This document shows, piece by piece, positions 31,503 through 42,325 of a DNA stretch of 64,000 nt. The position numbers were made by a program, and so were the translations under genes. The stretch is from the NCBI GenBank assembly GCA_963664305.2, contig CAXXLV010000002.1, positions 1,664,001 through 1,728,000 on the forward strand, written 5' to 3'. Within the stretch, counting starts at the first letter, position 1; every line of letters begins with the position of its first letter. The stretch is from an uncultured Aliarcobacter sp. GTDB taxonomy: Bacteria > Campylobacterota > Campylobacteria > Campylobacterales > Arcobacteraceae. The notes below the pieces were generated by a model, which made no database searches, was not told where the DNA came from, and saw only the letters and a program-made list of their open reading frames with translations.

Positions 31503-31694
31503 ATTTTCCTCATTCTGTTTTAATAATTTTGGCATCATCTCACCTATTTCTTTAAAATCATAATCAAAGCTTTTTACTACTACACTATACAAGTTGTGTT
31601 GATTATATTTCTCATGCCATTTTTCTTCTTTTTTTTCATACAAATTATAATATTCAAATCGTAATCGTAAAGCAGTTTTAAGTGTTTTATTCAT
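31497..31694 (-). CDS. Small hypothetical protein (65 aa)
   Basis: Fills the gap between the rpsR terminator and cysS; AGAG upstream; no family recognised. Confidence 0.6.
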   Translation of the reverse strand: MNKTLKTALRLRFEYYNLYEKKEEKWHEKYNQHNLYSVVVKSFDYDFKEIGEMMPKLLKQNEENL

Positions 31695-31712
31695 TTTTCT
31701 CTTTGTATAAAC

Positions 31713-31747
31713 AAAAAAAGGGAAGAAGTAAAAACCTCTTCCCTTTT
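31713..31747 (-). terminator. Intrinsic terminator of rpsF-ssb-rpsR
   Basis: AAAAGGGAAGA...TCTTCCCTTTT stem with a U7 tract on the minus strand. Confidence 0.85.
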
Positions 31748-31764
31748 ATTTACTAAAACAATTC

Positions 31765-32031
31765 TTAGTAGAATGATCTTGCGTAAGCAGAATCTGTAAT
31801 GTTTTTAGTATCAACAATATATGGTACTAAAGCCATGTGTCTTGCTCTTTTGATTGCTTTTTCAACCATTTCTTGAGCATTTTTAGAGTTACCTGTAAGT
31901 CTTCTAGGCATAATTTTACCTCTTTCACTCATAGATAATTTTAATAAATCTGTATTTTTATAATCAATGAAATCAACTTTCATTTCAGTATATTTACAAT
32001 ATTTTTTTCCGTATTTTCTTCTTTCAGCCAT
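31765..32031 (-). CDS. rpsR: 30S ribosomal protein S18
   Basis: [30 protein letters not shown]. Confidence 0.98.
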   Translation of the reverse strand: MAERRKYGKKYCKYTEMKVDFIDYKNTDLLKLSMSERGKIMPRRLTGNSKNAQEMVEKAIKRARHMALVPYIVDTKNITDSAYARSFY

Positions 32032-32045
32032 TTGATTTTCCTTTT

Positions 32046-32555
32046 CTAAAACGGTATTTCGTCTTCGTCTATATCAATTTCAGGTATTCTTTGCTCAATC
32101 TTTGGTTTAGCAGATTGACCCATACCACCATAGCTATCGTAAGAAGGCTCATCATATTGAACATTAGCTGGTTGATTATAACTTCCTTGCGGACTATAAC
32201 CTTGGTTATCCCCAGCCATTTCAGGAGCACCTTTTGAATCTAACATTTTCATCGCATCAACTCTTAAAGAGTGTCTACTTCTTGTTGATCCATCTTGTGC
32301 AGTCCATTGCTCAAAAACAAGTCTTCCTTCTAATAAAACTTTAGAACCTTTTTTTAAGTATTGATTAGCAACTTCGGCAGATCTTCCAAAAATATTAAAA
32401 TCTAAAAAACAAACCTCATCTTTTTGTTCTCCAGTTGAAGATTTGTATTTATAAGATGTTGCGATTGCAGATTTAGCAATTGCAGAACCTGAAGGCAAAT
32501 ATCTTAATTCAATATCTCTTGTTAAATTTCCTACCATTATTACTTTATTATACAT
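32046..32555 (-). CDS. ssb: Single-stranded DNA-binding protein
   Basis: [14 protein letters not shown] fold; acidic C-terminus DEDEIPF. Confidence 0.98.
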   Translation of the reverse strand: MYNKVIMVGNLTRDIELRYLPSGSAIAKSAIATSYKYKSSTGEQKDEVCFLDFNIFGRSAEVANQYLKKGSKVLLEGRLVFEQWTAQDGSTRSRHSLRVDAMKMLDSKGAPEMAGDNQGYSPQGSYNQPANVQYDEPSYDSYGGMGQSAKPKIEQRIPEIDIDEDEIPF

Positions 32556-32574
32556 ATAAGGTTCCTAATTATAT

Positions 32575-32931
32575 TTATTTAGCAGCTTTTTTAGCAGCCT
32601 CATCACTCATTTTTGTCCAAGAAACAATTTCTTTTTTGCTCTCATATTTAATGAAGATAAATCTAATAACATTTTCGTTATTTCTATAATTTCTTTCAAT
32701 TTCTGCAATTCCAGATGGATTACCTTTGAAGTAAATTACATAGTAATAACCTCTTTTACATTTTTCGATTTCGTAAGCTAATTCTCTGATTCCTACGTTC
32801 TCAACTGCTGCAATTTCTGCACCATTTTTTTCAAGAATTGCTTTAATTCCATCAATTTGCGCTACAGTTTCTTCTTCAGTTAATGTAGGCTTTAAGATAA
32901 ACATTGTTTCATAATGTTTGATTTTTGACAT
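32575..32931 (-). CDS. rpsF: 30S ribosomal protein S6
   Basis: HYETMFILKP, LAYEI, GYY; rpsF-ssb-rpsR order. Confidence 0.98.
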   Translation of the reverse strand: MSKIKHYETMFILKPTLTEEETVAQIDGIKAILEKNGAEIAAVENVGIRELAYEIEKCKRGYYYVIYFKGNPSGIAEIERNYRNNENVIRFIFIKYESKKEIVSWTKMSDEAAKKAAK

Positions 32932-32935
32932 TAAT

Positions 32936-32988
32936 TCTCCTTATAGATTGTGCCGGTATTCTTTACATTTCCTAATATCAGCAAGGAT
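32936..32988 (-). promoter_or_regulatory. S6:S18-type ribosomal protein leader
   Basis: Leader begins UCCUUGC, which can pair with UAAGGA of the SD; internal hairpin GCUGAUAUU/AAUACCGGC. Confidence 0.65.
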
Positions 32989-33013
32989 TTCTTTTTTTGT
33001 AAAGTTTGTGATT

Positions 33014-33994
33014 TTATCTAAATAAAACTGTAAACTTTCTTAGAGCAGCCTGAAGATACAAATTTTGGTCATCAATTTTTGAAGATTTAAAATCTAGCTC
33101 TATATTTAAAAGATATTCTAAAATTTTCTGAAAAACTTCAGGTTTTATATTTATTGCAAGTTTAGATTTCTTTTCCCAAATATTTTTTGGAGGAATAAAA
33201 CCTAATATCTCTTTTGGATTTGGTTGACCTATTGTTCTTGCATATGAACTTATCATAAATAATTGTTGAACAAATGATGTTACTTGATTTAATAAAAAGA
33301 TTTCATTCATTCCTTCTTCTAAAATCAAAGCCAAATCATCACTAATATCTTTTCCACTTAACAAATCATGTAAAAAATCTTCAAAATTAACAGTTCCTAT
33401 ACCAAAACAATAAGTATCAATAACATTTATTGTAATAAGTTCATTTAATATTGATAACTTTTTTAAATCATTTACACTTAATGCTAAATCATTTTTATGC
33501 ATGAAATAAAGATGATTTAATGCACTTACTTCATATTGCATTTGAAGCATTTTTGCTTCATATTCCAAAAATTTTGTAGCTTCTAAATCTGTTGGTTGAA
33601 AAAATCTAACACAAACAGAATTAGTATTTAAAGAAAAACTACTCTCCATAGTTTTAAAATCACCATCTCCCATACATGCAATTATTAATGTACTATCAGG
33701 ATTTGTATTACAAGCTTCAATTAAAGAATCTAACTCTTTTTTAGGTATCTTCTTTTCTATTTTTATCAATAATATATTATTTGAGGAAAAAAGTGATGAC
33801 TGCAATAACTTATCTTTTGCATATTTAAAATCATAATCATCAAAATAGAGTTTTTCAATCTCATCATTTTGACCAAACATTTGTGCAATTGCTAAAGAAT
33901 ATTGCTCAATCAAAAAAGTTGATTGTCCATAAAACATATATGCTTTAAATTTTTTATTTTGTTTTAAATAATTATCAAATTCATTTTTATACAT
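33014..33994 (-). CDS. holA: DNA polymerase III delta subunit
   Basis: YMFYGQS, QSSLFSS, VRFF, EILGFIPP; upstream of rpsF; start ATG 33994. Confidence 0.85.
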   Translation of the reverse strand: MYKNEFDNYLKQNKKFKAYMFYGQSTFLIEQYSLAIAQMFGQNDEIEKLYFDDYDFKYAKDKLLQSSLFSSNNILLIKIEKKIPKKELDSLIEACNTNPDSTLIIACMGDGDFKTMESSFSLNTNSVCVRFFQPTDLEATKFLEYEAKMLQMQYEVSALNHLYFMHKNDLALSVNDLKKLSILNELITINVIDTYCFGIGTVNFEDFLHDLLSGKDISDDLALILEEGMNEIFLLNQVTSFVQQLFMISSYARTIGQPNPKEILGFIPPKNIWEKKSKLAINIKPEVFQKILEYLLNIELDFKSSKIDDQNLYLQAALRKFTVLFR

Positions 33995-34056
33995 ATTAAA
34001 ATAATATCCTAAGTTTTCTTTCAATATAATTTTTTTATTTCACAAAGGGGTTTAAC

Positions 34057-34431
34057 ATGTATAGAATTGCTCTTCCTATTTTAGGTTTCGAAAATTTTGA
34101 AAATGTAAAAATTGAAAAAATTGACGATTTCTTTTCTTTTTTAGTTTTTGATGAAAAAACTAAAATTATGGTTGTGAATATTAATGTTTTAGATAAAGTT
34201 TCATTTGATTTTACAATTGATCAAAATACTTTAGATAAATTAAAAATAAAATCAAAAGATGATTTTTCTACATATTTTACAGTAGTTTCTCAAAATCCTA
34301 TTGAATTTTCAATTGTAAATCTTATTTCACCTATATTTATAAATGAAAAAGAAAAAATAGTTGGTCAATATATAATTACTGAAAAAGTTGAACCTTTCTT
34401 TGCTTCAATAGATAAGTGTTCTACACTATAG
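34057..34431 (+). CDS. fliW: Flagellar assembly factor FliW (divergent)
   Basis: PILGFE-KIEKIDDFF N-terminus and SIVNLISPIFIN-GQ motif. Confidence 0.8.
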   Translation: MYRIALPILGFENFENVKIEKIDDFFSFLVFDEKTKIMVVNINVLDKVSFDFTIDQNTLDKLKIKSKDDFSTYFTVVSQNPIEFSIVNLISPIFINEKEKIVGQYIITEKVEPFFASIDKCSTL

Positions 34432-36271
34432 TAGCAACAATTATCTTTGTAGCAATATCGGCAGATTTTATTTTCACTTTCATTTTTGAAAATAACTTCT
34501 GTCCTTTATAATTTTCTAAAATCACTTTCATTCCAATAATTTTTTCATAACAAACAGCTTTTGCTTTTTCTGTATCAACAACTTTTACTTTAATATCTTC
34601 ATCAATATGTGATAATGCCCATCTCGCATATTTTCTATCTTCAAAATCCCAAACTAACTGGTCTACTTTTCTTTCATTTAAAGAGATATGTTCACAAATA
34701 TCATCTATATTTTTTGGTGTTTGTTTTGTTTTTAGAATTCTATGTAACACTAAATCAGAATATCTTCTAATTGGACTTGTAAAATGAGAATATGAAGAAA
34801 AACCTAAACCAAAATGCCCTAAATTTTTTGAACTATATTTAGCTTGTGTTTGAGCTTGAATAATTAGTTCATCAATTTCTGCACTCATCATAGAAGTTTT
34901 TGCTTTTTCTTGAATATGTGTAATTGTTTCATGAACATCACTTTGAAGTTTTACATTAACACCTAAAATATTTACATCATCTACAAGTTTTGATATTGCT
35001 TTGAATGGTGGTTCTTCATGAATCCTATAAATTCCAACATTGTTTACTTTTTTACTTGCTTCTATATTTGCAAGTAACATACACTCTTCAACTAATTGAT
35101 GAGAGGCTGTTGAAGTTTCAACATCGATTGATTCTAAATTATCATTTTTCAATTTTAATCTATTTTCAGTAGTTCTAAAGTCATAACCCTTTTCAAGTCT
35201 TTTTTTTCTAAACTTTTTAGTGATTTTATATAGAGGAATCAAATAATCAAATATCTCTTTTTCAATTTTTGAATATTGGTCAAGATGTCCTTCTATAACC
35301 CTATCAATTCTTCCATAAGAAAAGTTTTTATGAGAATTTATAATTGCTTCAAAAAGTTCAGCTTTTTTCACACTAAAATTTTCTAAATCTAAATACATTT
35401 TAAAAACATAAGAATATCTATCAACTCCTTCTTTAAGTGAACACATCTCTTCACTTAAAATTGGAGGAAGCATTGGTAAAACTTTTGTAGGAAGATAAAT
35501 AGAAGTTGATTTTTTAAATGCTAAAATATCAAGTTCACTACCCTCTTTTACAAAATAAGAAACATCTGCAATTGCTACATACAAAATATTTTCTTTTTTA
35601 TCAAAATAAATTGCATCATCATGGTCTTTTGCACTATTTGGGTCAATTGTACAAAAAGGAAGTTCCCGTAAATCAACTCTCTCTTTTTTATCATCCATTA
35701 AAGCTTTTACATCTAAATGTTTTTCTAGTCTGTAAAGTTCTTCGTATAAATATAAAGAGATAAATTCATCTATTTTTGCATCTTCTAAATTTCCAACATT
35801 TTTGATCAAATCAAATAATTTATTATCAACTATTAAAACATCTAATTCTTTATATTTTAAAGCATTTTTATTATCAAGTCTAATATTCTCTTTTAATGTA
35901 AAAAAAGCCTTATCTTTTACATAAACTAAAAGTTCAGCTTTCTTACTTTCAAGTATTTTTACTATTTTTGCTTTTGTTTTACTTCTTGGATTAAAAACTC
36001 TTTTTGCAATTACTAAATCGCCATTGTAAGCGCCATTTAAATCTTCTAATTCTATTTTTATATTTTTCAATTCACTTACTAAATCTTCTAAAATTACAAA
36101 ATTTTTTCCGATATTTACAATTGCAATTTTATATTTTGAATTTAACTCAAAATTATCATTTTGATTTTTTATTATAATTTCATCTTTTAAAAACTTCTCT
36201 ATTTCTACTAACTCTTCAGTTGAATAATCTTTACATTCTGTTTGAATTTTTCTAAATAGTTCTTTTAGCAA
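34421..36271 (-). CDS. rnr: RNB-domain exoribonuclease (RNase R-like)
   Basis: TIDPNSAKDHDDA, VAIADVS, EECMLLAN, HFGLG-YSHFTSPIRRYSDL. Confidence 0.92.
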   Translation of the reverse strand: MLKELFRKIQTECKDYSTEELVEIEKFLKDEIIIKNQNDNFELNSKYKIAIVNIGKNFVILEDLVSELKNIKIELEDLNGAYNGDLVIAKRVFNPRSKTKAKIVKILESKKAELLVYVKDKAFFTLKENIRLDNKNALKYKELDVLIVDNKLFDLIKNVGNLEDAKIDEFISLYLYEELYRLEKHLDVKALMDDKKERVDLRELPFCTIDPNSAKDHDDAIYFDKKENILYVAIADVSYFVKEGSELDILAFKKSTSIYLPTKVLPMLPPILSEEMCSLKEGVDRYSYVFKMYLDLENFSVKKAELFEAIINSHKNFSYGRIDRVIEGHLDQYSKIEKEIFDYLIPLYKITKKFRKKRLEKGYDFRTTENRLKLKNDNLESIDVETSTASHQLVEECMLLANIEASKKVNNVGIYRIHEEPPFKAISKLVDDVNILGVNVKLQSDVHETITHIQEKAKTSMMSAEIDELIIQAQTQAKYSSKNLGHFGLGFSSYSHFTSPIRRYSDLVLHRILKTKQTPKNIDDICEHISLNERKVDQLVWDFEDRKYARWALSHIDEDIKVKVVDTEKAKAVCYEKIIGMKVILENYKGQKLFSKMKVKIKSADIATKIIVATIV

Positions 36272-36390
36272 AATAAATCCTTTTTAAATAATCATATAAT
36301 AGTATCCAAACTATCTCTACACTTGCCTTTAATTTTCAAGTTATCTAATATTTAGATAGTTTTTTGTATAATCAGCGAAAATTTTTTTAA

Positions 36391-37428
<1,038 letters not shown>

Positions 37429-37432
37429 AAAC

Positions 37433-37461
37433 TTTTTAAGGAAGATTTTCTTCCTTAAAAA
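37433..37461. other. 13-bp hairpin after ilvC without a 3' U-tract
   Basis: TTTTTAAGGAAGA-TTT-TCTTCCTTAAAAA. Confidence 0.6.
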
Positions 37462-37476
37462 ACTATTCTTATACTT

Positions 37477-38667
37477 ATGAACCAGAAAAAACCTAAATCA
37501 AAAAAAAGACGAATAAAAGCAAGTTTACGTTCGCAAAAAAAATTAATAAAAATTTTTCTAATAATTTTATTTCTTACATCACTAATCTCTATTAGTAGCT
37601 ATTTTTTAATTGATAACAAAAAAACTGAACCACTAGAAAATAAACAAACAACACAAGTTAAAGAAGAAAAAAGTGTCAAAAATGAAACATTTGATGAAAA
37701 GAAACTTTTTGAAACTAAAAAACCAGAAGAATATTTTGATGAAATAATTCCAAAAAATGATACATATGATAAATTTGAAGAATATACACAAGCATTAGAA
37801 AAAGATTTTTTAGAAAAAGCTTTTGAAGAAGAACAACAAATAAATGAAAAAATTGTAAAAAAAATTGAAGAGATAAAAGAAGACAAGAAAAAAGAAAAAG
37901 CTAAAGAAGAAGAAAAAGCAAAATTAGATAAAAAAGATATTGAAAAACAAACACCAAAAATTGACGAGAAATCAATTATAACTAAAAAAGATACTTTTAT
38001 TTATGATAAAAAGAATAAACCAAAAATTGCAATAATTATTGATGATGTAAGTACAAGTGCAGAAAAAGAAAAAATATTAAATATTGGTTATCCAATATCT
38101 ATGGCATTTTTACCACCTACTTCTTCTCATAAAGATTCTGCAAAAATTGCACAAAATTTACCATTTCATATGATACATTTTCCTATGCAAGCATCTAGTG
38201 CTTTTAAAAGCCCAGAAGTTGATACACTAAAAGTTACTGATTCTTATGAAACTATTGAAAATAGAGTTAAACAATTAAGAGCTTGGTATCCAAATGCTAT
38301 TTATACAAACAATCATACAGGTTCTGTTTTCACAGAAAATGAAGAAGCTATGGACAAATTATTTAGAGCATTAAAAAAATATAATTTTATATTTGTTGAT
38401 AGTAGAACCAGTTCAAAATCTGTTGCAAAACAATTTGCTAGCAAATACAATATGCCTTATATTGTAAGAAATACTTTCATTGATAATGATAGAAATTTTG
38501 CTGCTATTCAAAACCAACTAAAAAAAGCTATTGAAGTAGCTAAAAAGCAAGGTTATTCTATAGCAATTGGTCATCCTCACGACATAACTTTAAAAGTGTT
38601 AAAAGAGTCAAAACATTTGCTTAAAGATGTTGAACCTATATTTGTAAATAAACTTCCTTATTTATAA
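37477..38667 (+). CDS. Divergent polysaccharide deacetylase family protein (YibQ-like)
   Basis: TM plus K/E-rich linker; IAIIIDD, HFPMQA, NNHTGS, FVDSRT, RNTFID, IAIGHP. Confidence 0.9.
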   Translation: MNQKKPKSKKRRIKASLRSQKKLIKIFLIILFLTSLISISSYFLIDNKKTEPLENKQTTQVKEEKSVKNETFDEKKLFETKKPEEYFDEIIPKNDTYDKFEEYTQALEKDFLEKAFEEEQQINEKIVKKIEEIKEDKKKEKAKEEEKAKLDKKDIEKQTPKIDEKSIITKKDTFIYDKKNKPKIAIIIDDVSTSAEKEKILNIGYPISMAFLPPTSSHKDSAKIAQNLPFHMIHFPMQASSAFKSPEVDTLKVTDSYETIENRVKQLRAWYPNAIYTNNHTGSVFTENEEAMDKLFRALKKYNFIFVDSRTSSKSVAKQFASKYNMPYIVRNTFIDNDRNFAAIQNQLKKAIEVAKKQGYSIAIGHPHDITLKVLKESKHLLKDVEPIFVNKLPYL

Positions 38668-38709
38668 AAAAATAGTTATAATAATTTTATTTATTATAAC
38701 TAGGTTCAT

Positions 38710-39483
38710 ATGATTAAACAAATAGAATTTAAAATTGAAGAATTATCTTCAATGAAAAAATATCCCAATGAAATCTTTTATATAGGAAACTTAGAACTAT
38801 TAAAAAGAAAAAAAATCTCTATTATAGGCACAAGAAGACCTAATTCTTATACTAAAGAATTTACTTATAAATTAGCATCAAAACTATCTCAAAATAATAT
38901 ATGTATTGTTAGTGGAGCAGCTATGGGTGTTGATTCTCTTGCACACCAAGGAGCAAAATCAAATAATACAATAGCTGTTGTTGCAAACGGTTTAGATATT
39001 AGATATCCAAGTGTAAATAAAAATCTTATTGTTGATATAGAAAATAATGGCTTAATTCTTTCAACATACAAAGAAAAAGAGAAAGCAAAAAATTATACCT
39101 TTGTACAAAGAAATGAACTTGTTGTTGCATTAGGAGATGTTTTAGTAGTAACAGAAGCTGATTTAAATTCAGGAAGTTTAACTTCTATAGAATTTGCTTT
39201 GAAAATGAAAAAACAGATTTATACCTTTCCTCATAGATTAAATGAAAGTTTAGGAACACAAGAGTTAATAAAAAAGAATTTAATAAATGTAATTTATGAT
39301 ATAGATGAATTTGTCGAAAAATTTACAAATAAAAAAATAACAACTTTTGAAGATGAAGTTTTACTTTTTTGTAAAAGTAATCCAACTTATGAAAGTGCCA
39401 TTTTAAAATTTCCAAACGAAATCTTAGAGTATGAACTAGATGGAAAAATTAAAATCAATAATGGCAAGATATATTTGAACTAA
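38710..39483 (+). CDS. dprA: DNA-processing protein DprA
   Basis: IIGTR, VSGAAMGVDSLAH, FVQRNELV, EADLNSGSL. Confidence 0.95.
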   Translation: MIKQIEFKIEELSSMKKYPNEIFYIGNLELLKRKKISIIGTRRPNSYTKEFTYKLASKLSQNNICIVSGAAMGVDSLAHQGAKSNNTIAVVANGLDIRYPSVNKNLIVDIENNGLILSTYKEKEKAKNYTFVQRNELVVALGDVLVVTEADLNSGSLTSIEFALKMKKQIYTFPHRLNESLGTQELIKKNLINVIYDIDEFVEKFTNKKITTFEDEVLLFCKSNPTYESAILKFPNEILEYELDGKIKINNGKIYLN

Positions 39484-40661
39484 GATATATGTTTTGTTCC
39501 TGTTTTTAATAAAACTATATAACCTAAAAGTGCAGAAGCTAAAGAACCAAATAAAATTGCTAACTTATCAGTATAAAAAAATATATTTGAATCTTCAAAA
39601 GCTAGTGAATTTATAAATAAACTCATCGTAAACCCTATACCTGTTAAAATTGCAACTCCATAAAATTGTCTCCAATTTACACCAACTGGTAACTTTGTAA
39701 ATCCCAATTTCACAGATAAAAAAACAAATAAAAATACACCAACTTGTTTACCAATAAAAAGCCCAAAAAATATCCCTAAAAATACACTATTATCAATTTG
39801 CGCTAAGGAAATATTTCTTAAATCTATTCCAGCATTTACAAATGCAAATAGAGGCAAAATAAAAAAAGCAACCCAACTATGAATATAATGTTCCAAAGTT
39901 CTTACAGGAGAAATATGTTTTCTTTTTTCATTAATTAAGTTTAATGGTATTGTAAAAGCTAAAATTATTCCTGTTAATGTAGCATGAACACCTGTTTTTA
40001 AAACACATATCCATAATAATACTCCAACTAAAATATAAAGACTTAAATATGAAATTTTTAAACGATTAAAAAGTATCAAAATTACTATACATAATGTTGC
40101 TAAGATTAAAGAGTTTAATGACAACTCAGCAGTGTAAAAAAATGCAATTATTAATATCGCCCCTACGTCATCAAAAATAGCTAAAGCCATCAAAAAAATT
40201 TTAAGTGAAGTTGGAACTCTTTTTCCAAGTAAAGATAAAATTCCCAAAGCAAATGCAATATCTGTTGCAGTTGGTATTGCCCAACCACGAAGATTAAATT
40301 CATCATTTATATTAAAAAAGAAAAATATAAGTGCAGGTACAAACATACCACCTATTGCACCAATTAAAGGTAAAGTAATATTTGAAAAACTAGATAAATG
40401 TCCTAAAATCAACTCTCTTTTTATCTCTAAACCTATCATTAAAAAGAAAATTGCCATTAAACCATCATTTACCCAAAGTATTAAGGGTTTTGATATTTCA
40501 AGTAAATTTCCTACTTTAAACTCTATTTTTGTATGTAAGAAATCTGTATAAAAAGGAGATAGAAAACTATTACTAAACAATAAAGCTATTATGGTAACAA
40601 ATATTAAAATTATTCCAGAAGATGCTTCATTTTCTAAAAATTTTCCAACCAATGTTTTCAT
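39480..40661 (-). CDS. nhaA: Na+/H+ antiporter NhaA
   Basis: WVNDGLMAIFF-GLEIKRE, GWAIPTATDIAFA, LAIFDD, GKQVG, GIGFTMSLFI. Confidence 0.97.
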   Translation of the reverse strand: MKTLVGKFLENEASSGIILIFVTIIALLFSNSFLSPFYTDFLHTKIEFKVGNLLEISKPLILWVNDGLMAIFFLMIGLEIKRELILGHLSSFSNITLPLIGAIGGMFVPALIFFFFNINDEFNLRGWAIPTATDIAFALGILSLLGKRVPTSLKIFLMALAIFDDVGAILIIAFFYTAELSLNSLILATLCIVILILFNRLKISYLSLYILVGVLLWICVLKTGVHATLTGIILAFTIPLNLINEKRKHISPVRTLEHYIHSWVAFFILPLFAFVNAGIDLRNISLAQIDNSVFLGIFFGLFIGKQVGVFLFVFLSVKLGFTKLPVGVNWRQFYGVAILTGIGFTMSLFINSLAFEDSNIFFYTDKLAILFGSLASALLGYIVLLKTGTKHIS

Positions 40662-40712
40662 AAGAAACCTTTCTTATATATATTTTATTACTTTCAAGTT
40701 TAAGGAATTATT

Positions 40713-41024
40713 ATGGGTTACCAAAGTTTAAATTTTAATGGCAATGATATTTTAGCCTATATTGATGAACCAAATGATTATCAATTAAAAGAAAATGACA
40801 TAATTTTTGTTATGCCACTAAATCAATTTTTTCAAGTAACAAATGATAAGAAAGATACTAGAAAATTAAGAGATGAAGGATTTGAAAAAATTTATAATAC
40901 TCAATTAAGAAACTATGGTGTTTTAAAATTTAAGTCAGAATTTGAGGAAATTTATATTGAAAGGAAAAGCCACCTTCTTCTTTATAAAGTAAAAGAAGAA
41001 AATGGAAAATTTATAAAAATTTAG
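40713..41024 (+). CDS. Hypothetical protein (103 aa)
   Basis: AAGGA SD; fills the nhaA-murC gap; no family recognised. Confidence 0.7.
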   Translation: MGYQSLNFNGNDILAYIDEPNDYQLKENDIIFVMPLNQFFQVTNDKKDTRKLRDEGFEKIYNTQLRNYGVLKFKSEFEEIYIERKSHLLLYKVKEENGKFIKI

Positions 41025-42325
41025 TGTCTTAATTGATAAGTTATATCTCCAGCTCCAACACCAAGGAATATTCCTGCATCATAACTTTTGATGATTTTTT
41101 CATCTTTTATAATATCAATTCTTCCTTTTGTTGTAGAGATTCTATCTGCAAAAATAGGATTATAAGAAGCAAACTCTTTTTCAAAATCTATATCGATTTT
41201 TTTCTCACCAGGAATTGTCCAAATTGGTAAAATAATTAATTCATCACATCTTCTAAAACATTTTTTAAAACCTTCTAGATTATCACTTGTTCTAGAATAT
41301 TTATGTGGTTGCCAAAGAACTATTCTTTTGTTTAGATTTGTAAGATTATCATATAACTCTATTGATTTCATAGTTGCTTCAATCTCTGTTGGATGATGAG
41401 CATAATCATCAATTACAACAAATTTTTCATTTGCTTGAACAATATCAAATCTCTTTTTAATCCCTTTATAGTTTAAAAGATTTTTTCTTATTGTTTCAAC
41501 ATCAAGCTCATTTAAAGCTGCAAGTATTGCTAAAGAAGCATTTGTAGCCATATGGAAACCAAATCCCCAAACTTCAAAAGTCCCTAAATCTTTTAAATCA
41601 AATTTAGTACAAGGTTGATTATCTTTTAGTGTATAACAAAGATTTTTAATATCTTTTGATGGATAAAGATAAGTTGCATCTTCTATTTTTAATTTTTGAA
41701 CATCTTTATCTTCACCATTTACAACTCTTTTTTTTGCAAGACTTAAAAATCTTTCATATGACTCATAAAACTTATCATAATCGTAGTGATAATATTCCAT
41801 ATGTTCTGGTTCAGCATTTGTAACTATTGCACAATAAGGACTTGAAAGTAAAAATGATGCATCAGATTCATCAGCTTCAAAAGCAACTAAACCATCAACA
41901 TATCTAAAGTTTGAACCAAAATCTTTTGAAATTGCTCCAATTAGTGCTGTACTTTGTAGAATTGAAGCTAACATTGCTGTTGTTGTAGATTTTCCATGAG
42001 CTCCTGCAACACAATAGTTTTTCTTATCACCTAAAATAATAGGTAATGCTTCTTTTCTTGAAAGTGTTCTAATTTGTTTAAGTCTTGCTTCTATTAACTC
42101 TGGATTTTCATCTGTAACTGCTGCTGAATAGATAACTAAATCAATATCGTCTTTTATATTTGATGCATCTTGAGGACAAGAAACTTTAATTCCTTCCTCT
42201 TCTAAAGCTTTTGTAATTGGTGAACTTTTCATATCTGAACCACAAACTTCATGACCATCGAAGTTTAAAAATCTAGCTAAGGCAGAAAGACCTATTCCAC
42301 CAATTCCTATAAAATGTACTTTCAA
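41021..42325 (-). CDS. murC: UDP-N-acetylmuramate-L-alanine ligase
   Basis: HFIGIGGIGLS, AGAHGKSTTT, EADESD, DDYAHHPTE, WQPHKYSR. Confidence 0.98.
   Translation of the reverse strand: MKVHFIGIGGIGLSALARFLNFDGHEVCGSDMKSSPITKALEEEGIKVSCPQDASNIKDDIDLVIYSAAVTDENPELIEARLKQIRTLSRKEALPIILGDKKNYCVAGAHGKSTTTAMLASILQSTALIGAISKDFGSNFRYVDGLVAFEADESDASFLLSSPYCAIVTNAEPEHMEYYHYDYDKFYESYERFLSLAKKRVVNGEDKDVQKLKIEDATYLYPSKDIKNLCYTLKDNQPCTKFDLKDLGTFEVWGFGFHMATNASLAILAALNELDVETIRKNLLNYKGIKKRFDIVQANEKFVVIDDYAHHPTEIEATMKSIELYDNLTNLNKRIVLWQPHKYSRTSDNLEGFKKCFRRCDELIILPIWTIPGEKKIDIDFEKEFASYNPIFADRISTTKGRIDIIKDEKIIKSYDAGIFLGVGAGDITYQLRH

Noticed and set aside
36272..36285. rnr and can RBSs (AGGAUUUA) as targets of the candidate sRNA segment UAAAUCCU
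   Set aside because: AGGA plus an AU-rich spacer is a generic RBS here, so the match has little specificity without genome-wide statistics.
37620..37990. A-rich repetitive-looking DNA in the yibQ-like gene
   Set aside because: Low-complexity K/E-rich linker, not a discrete tandem repeat.
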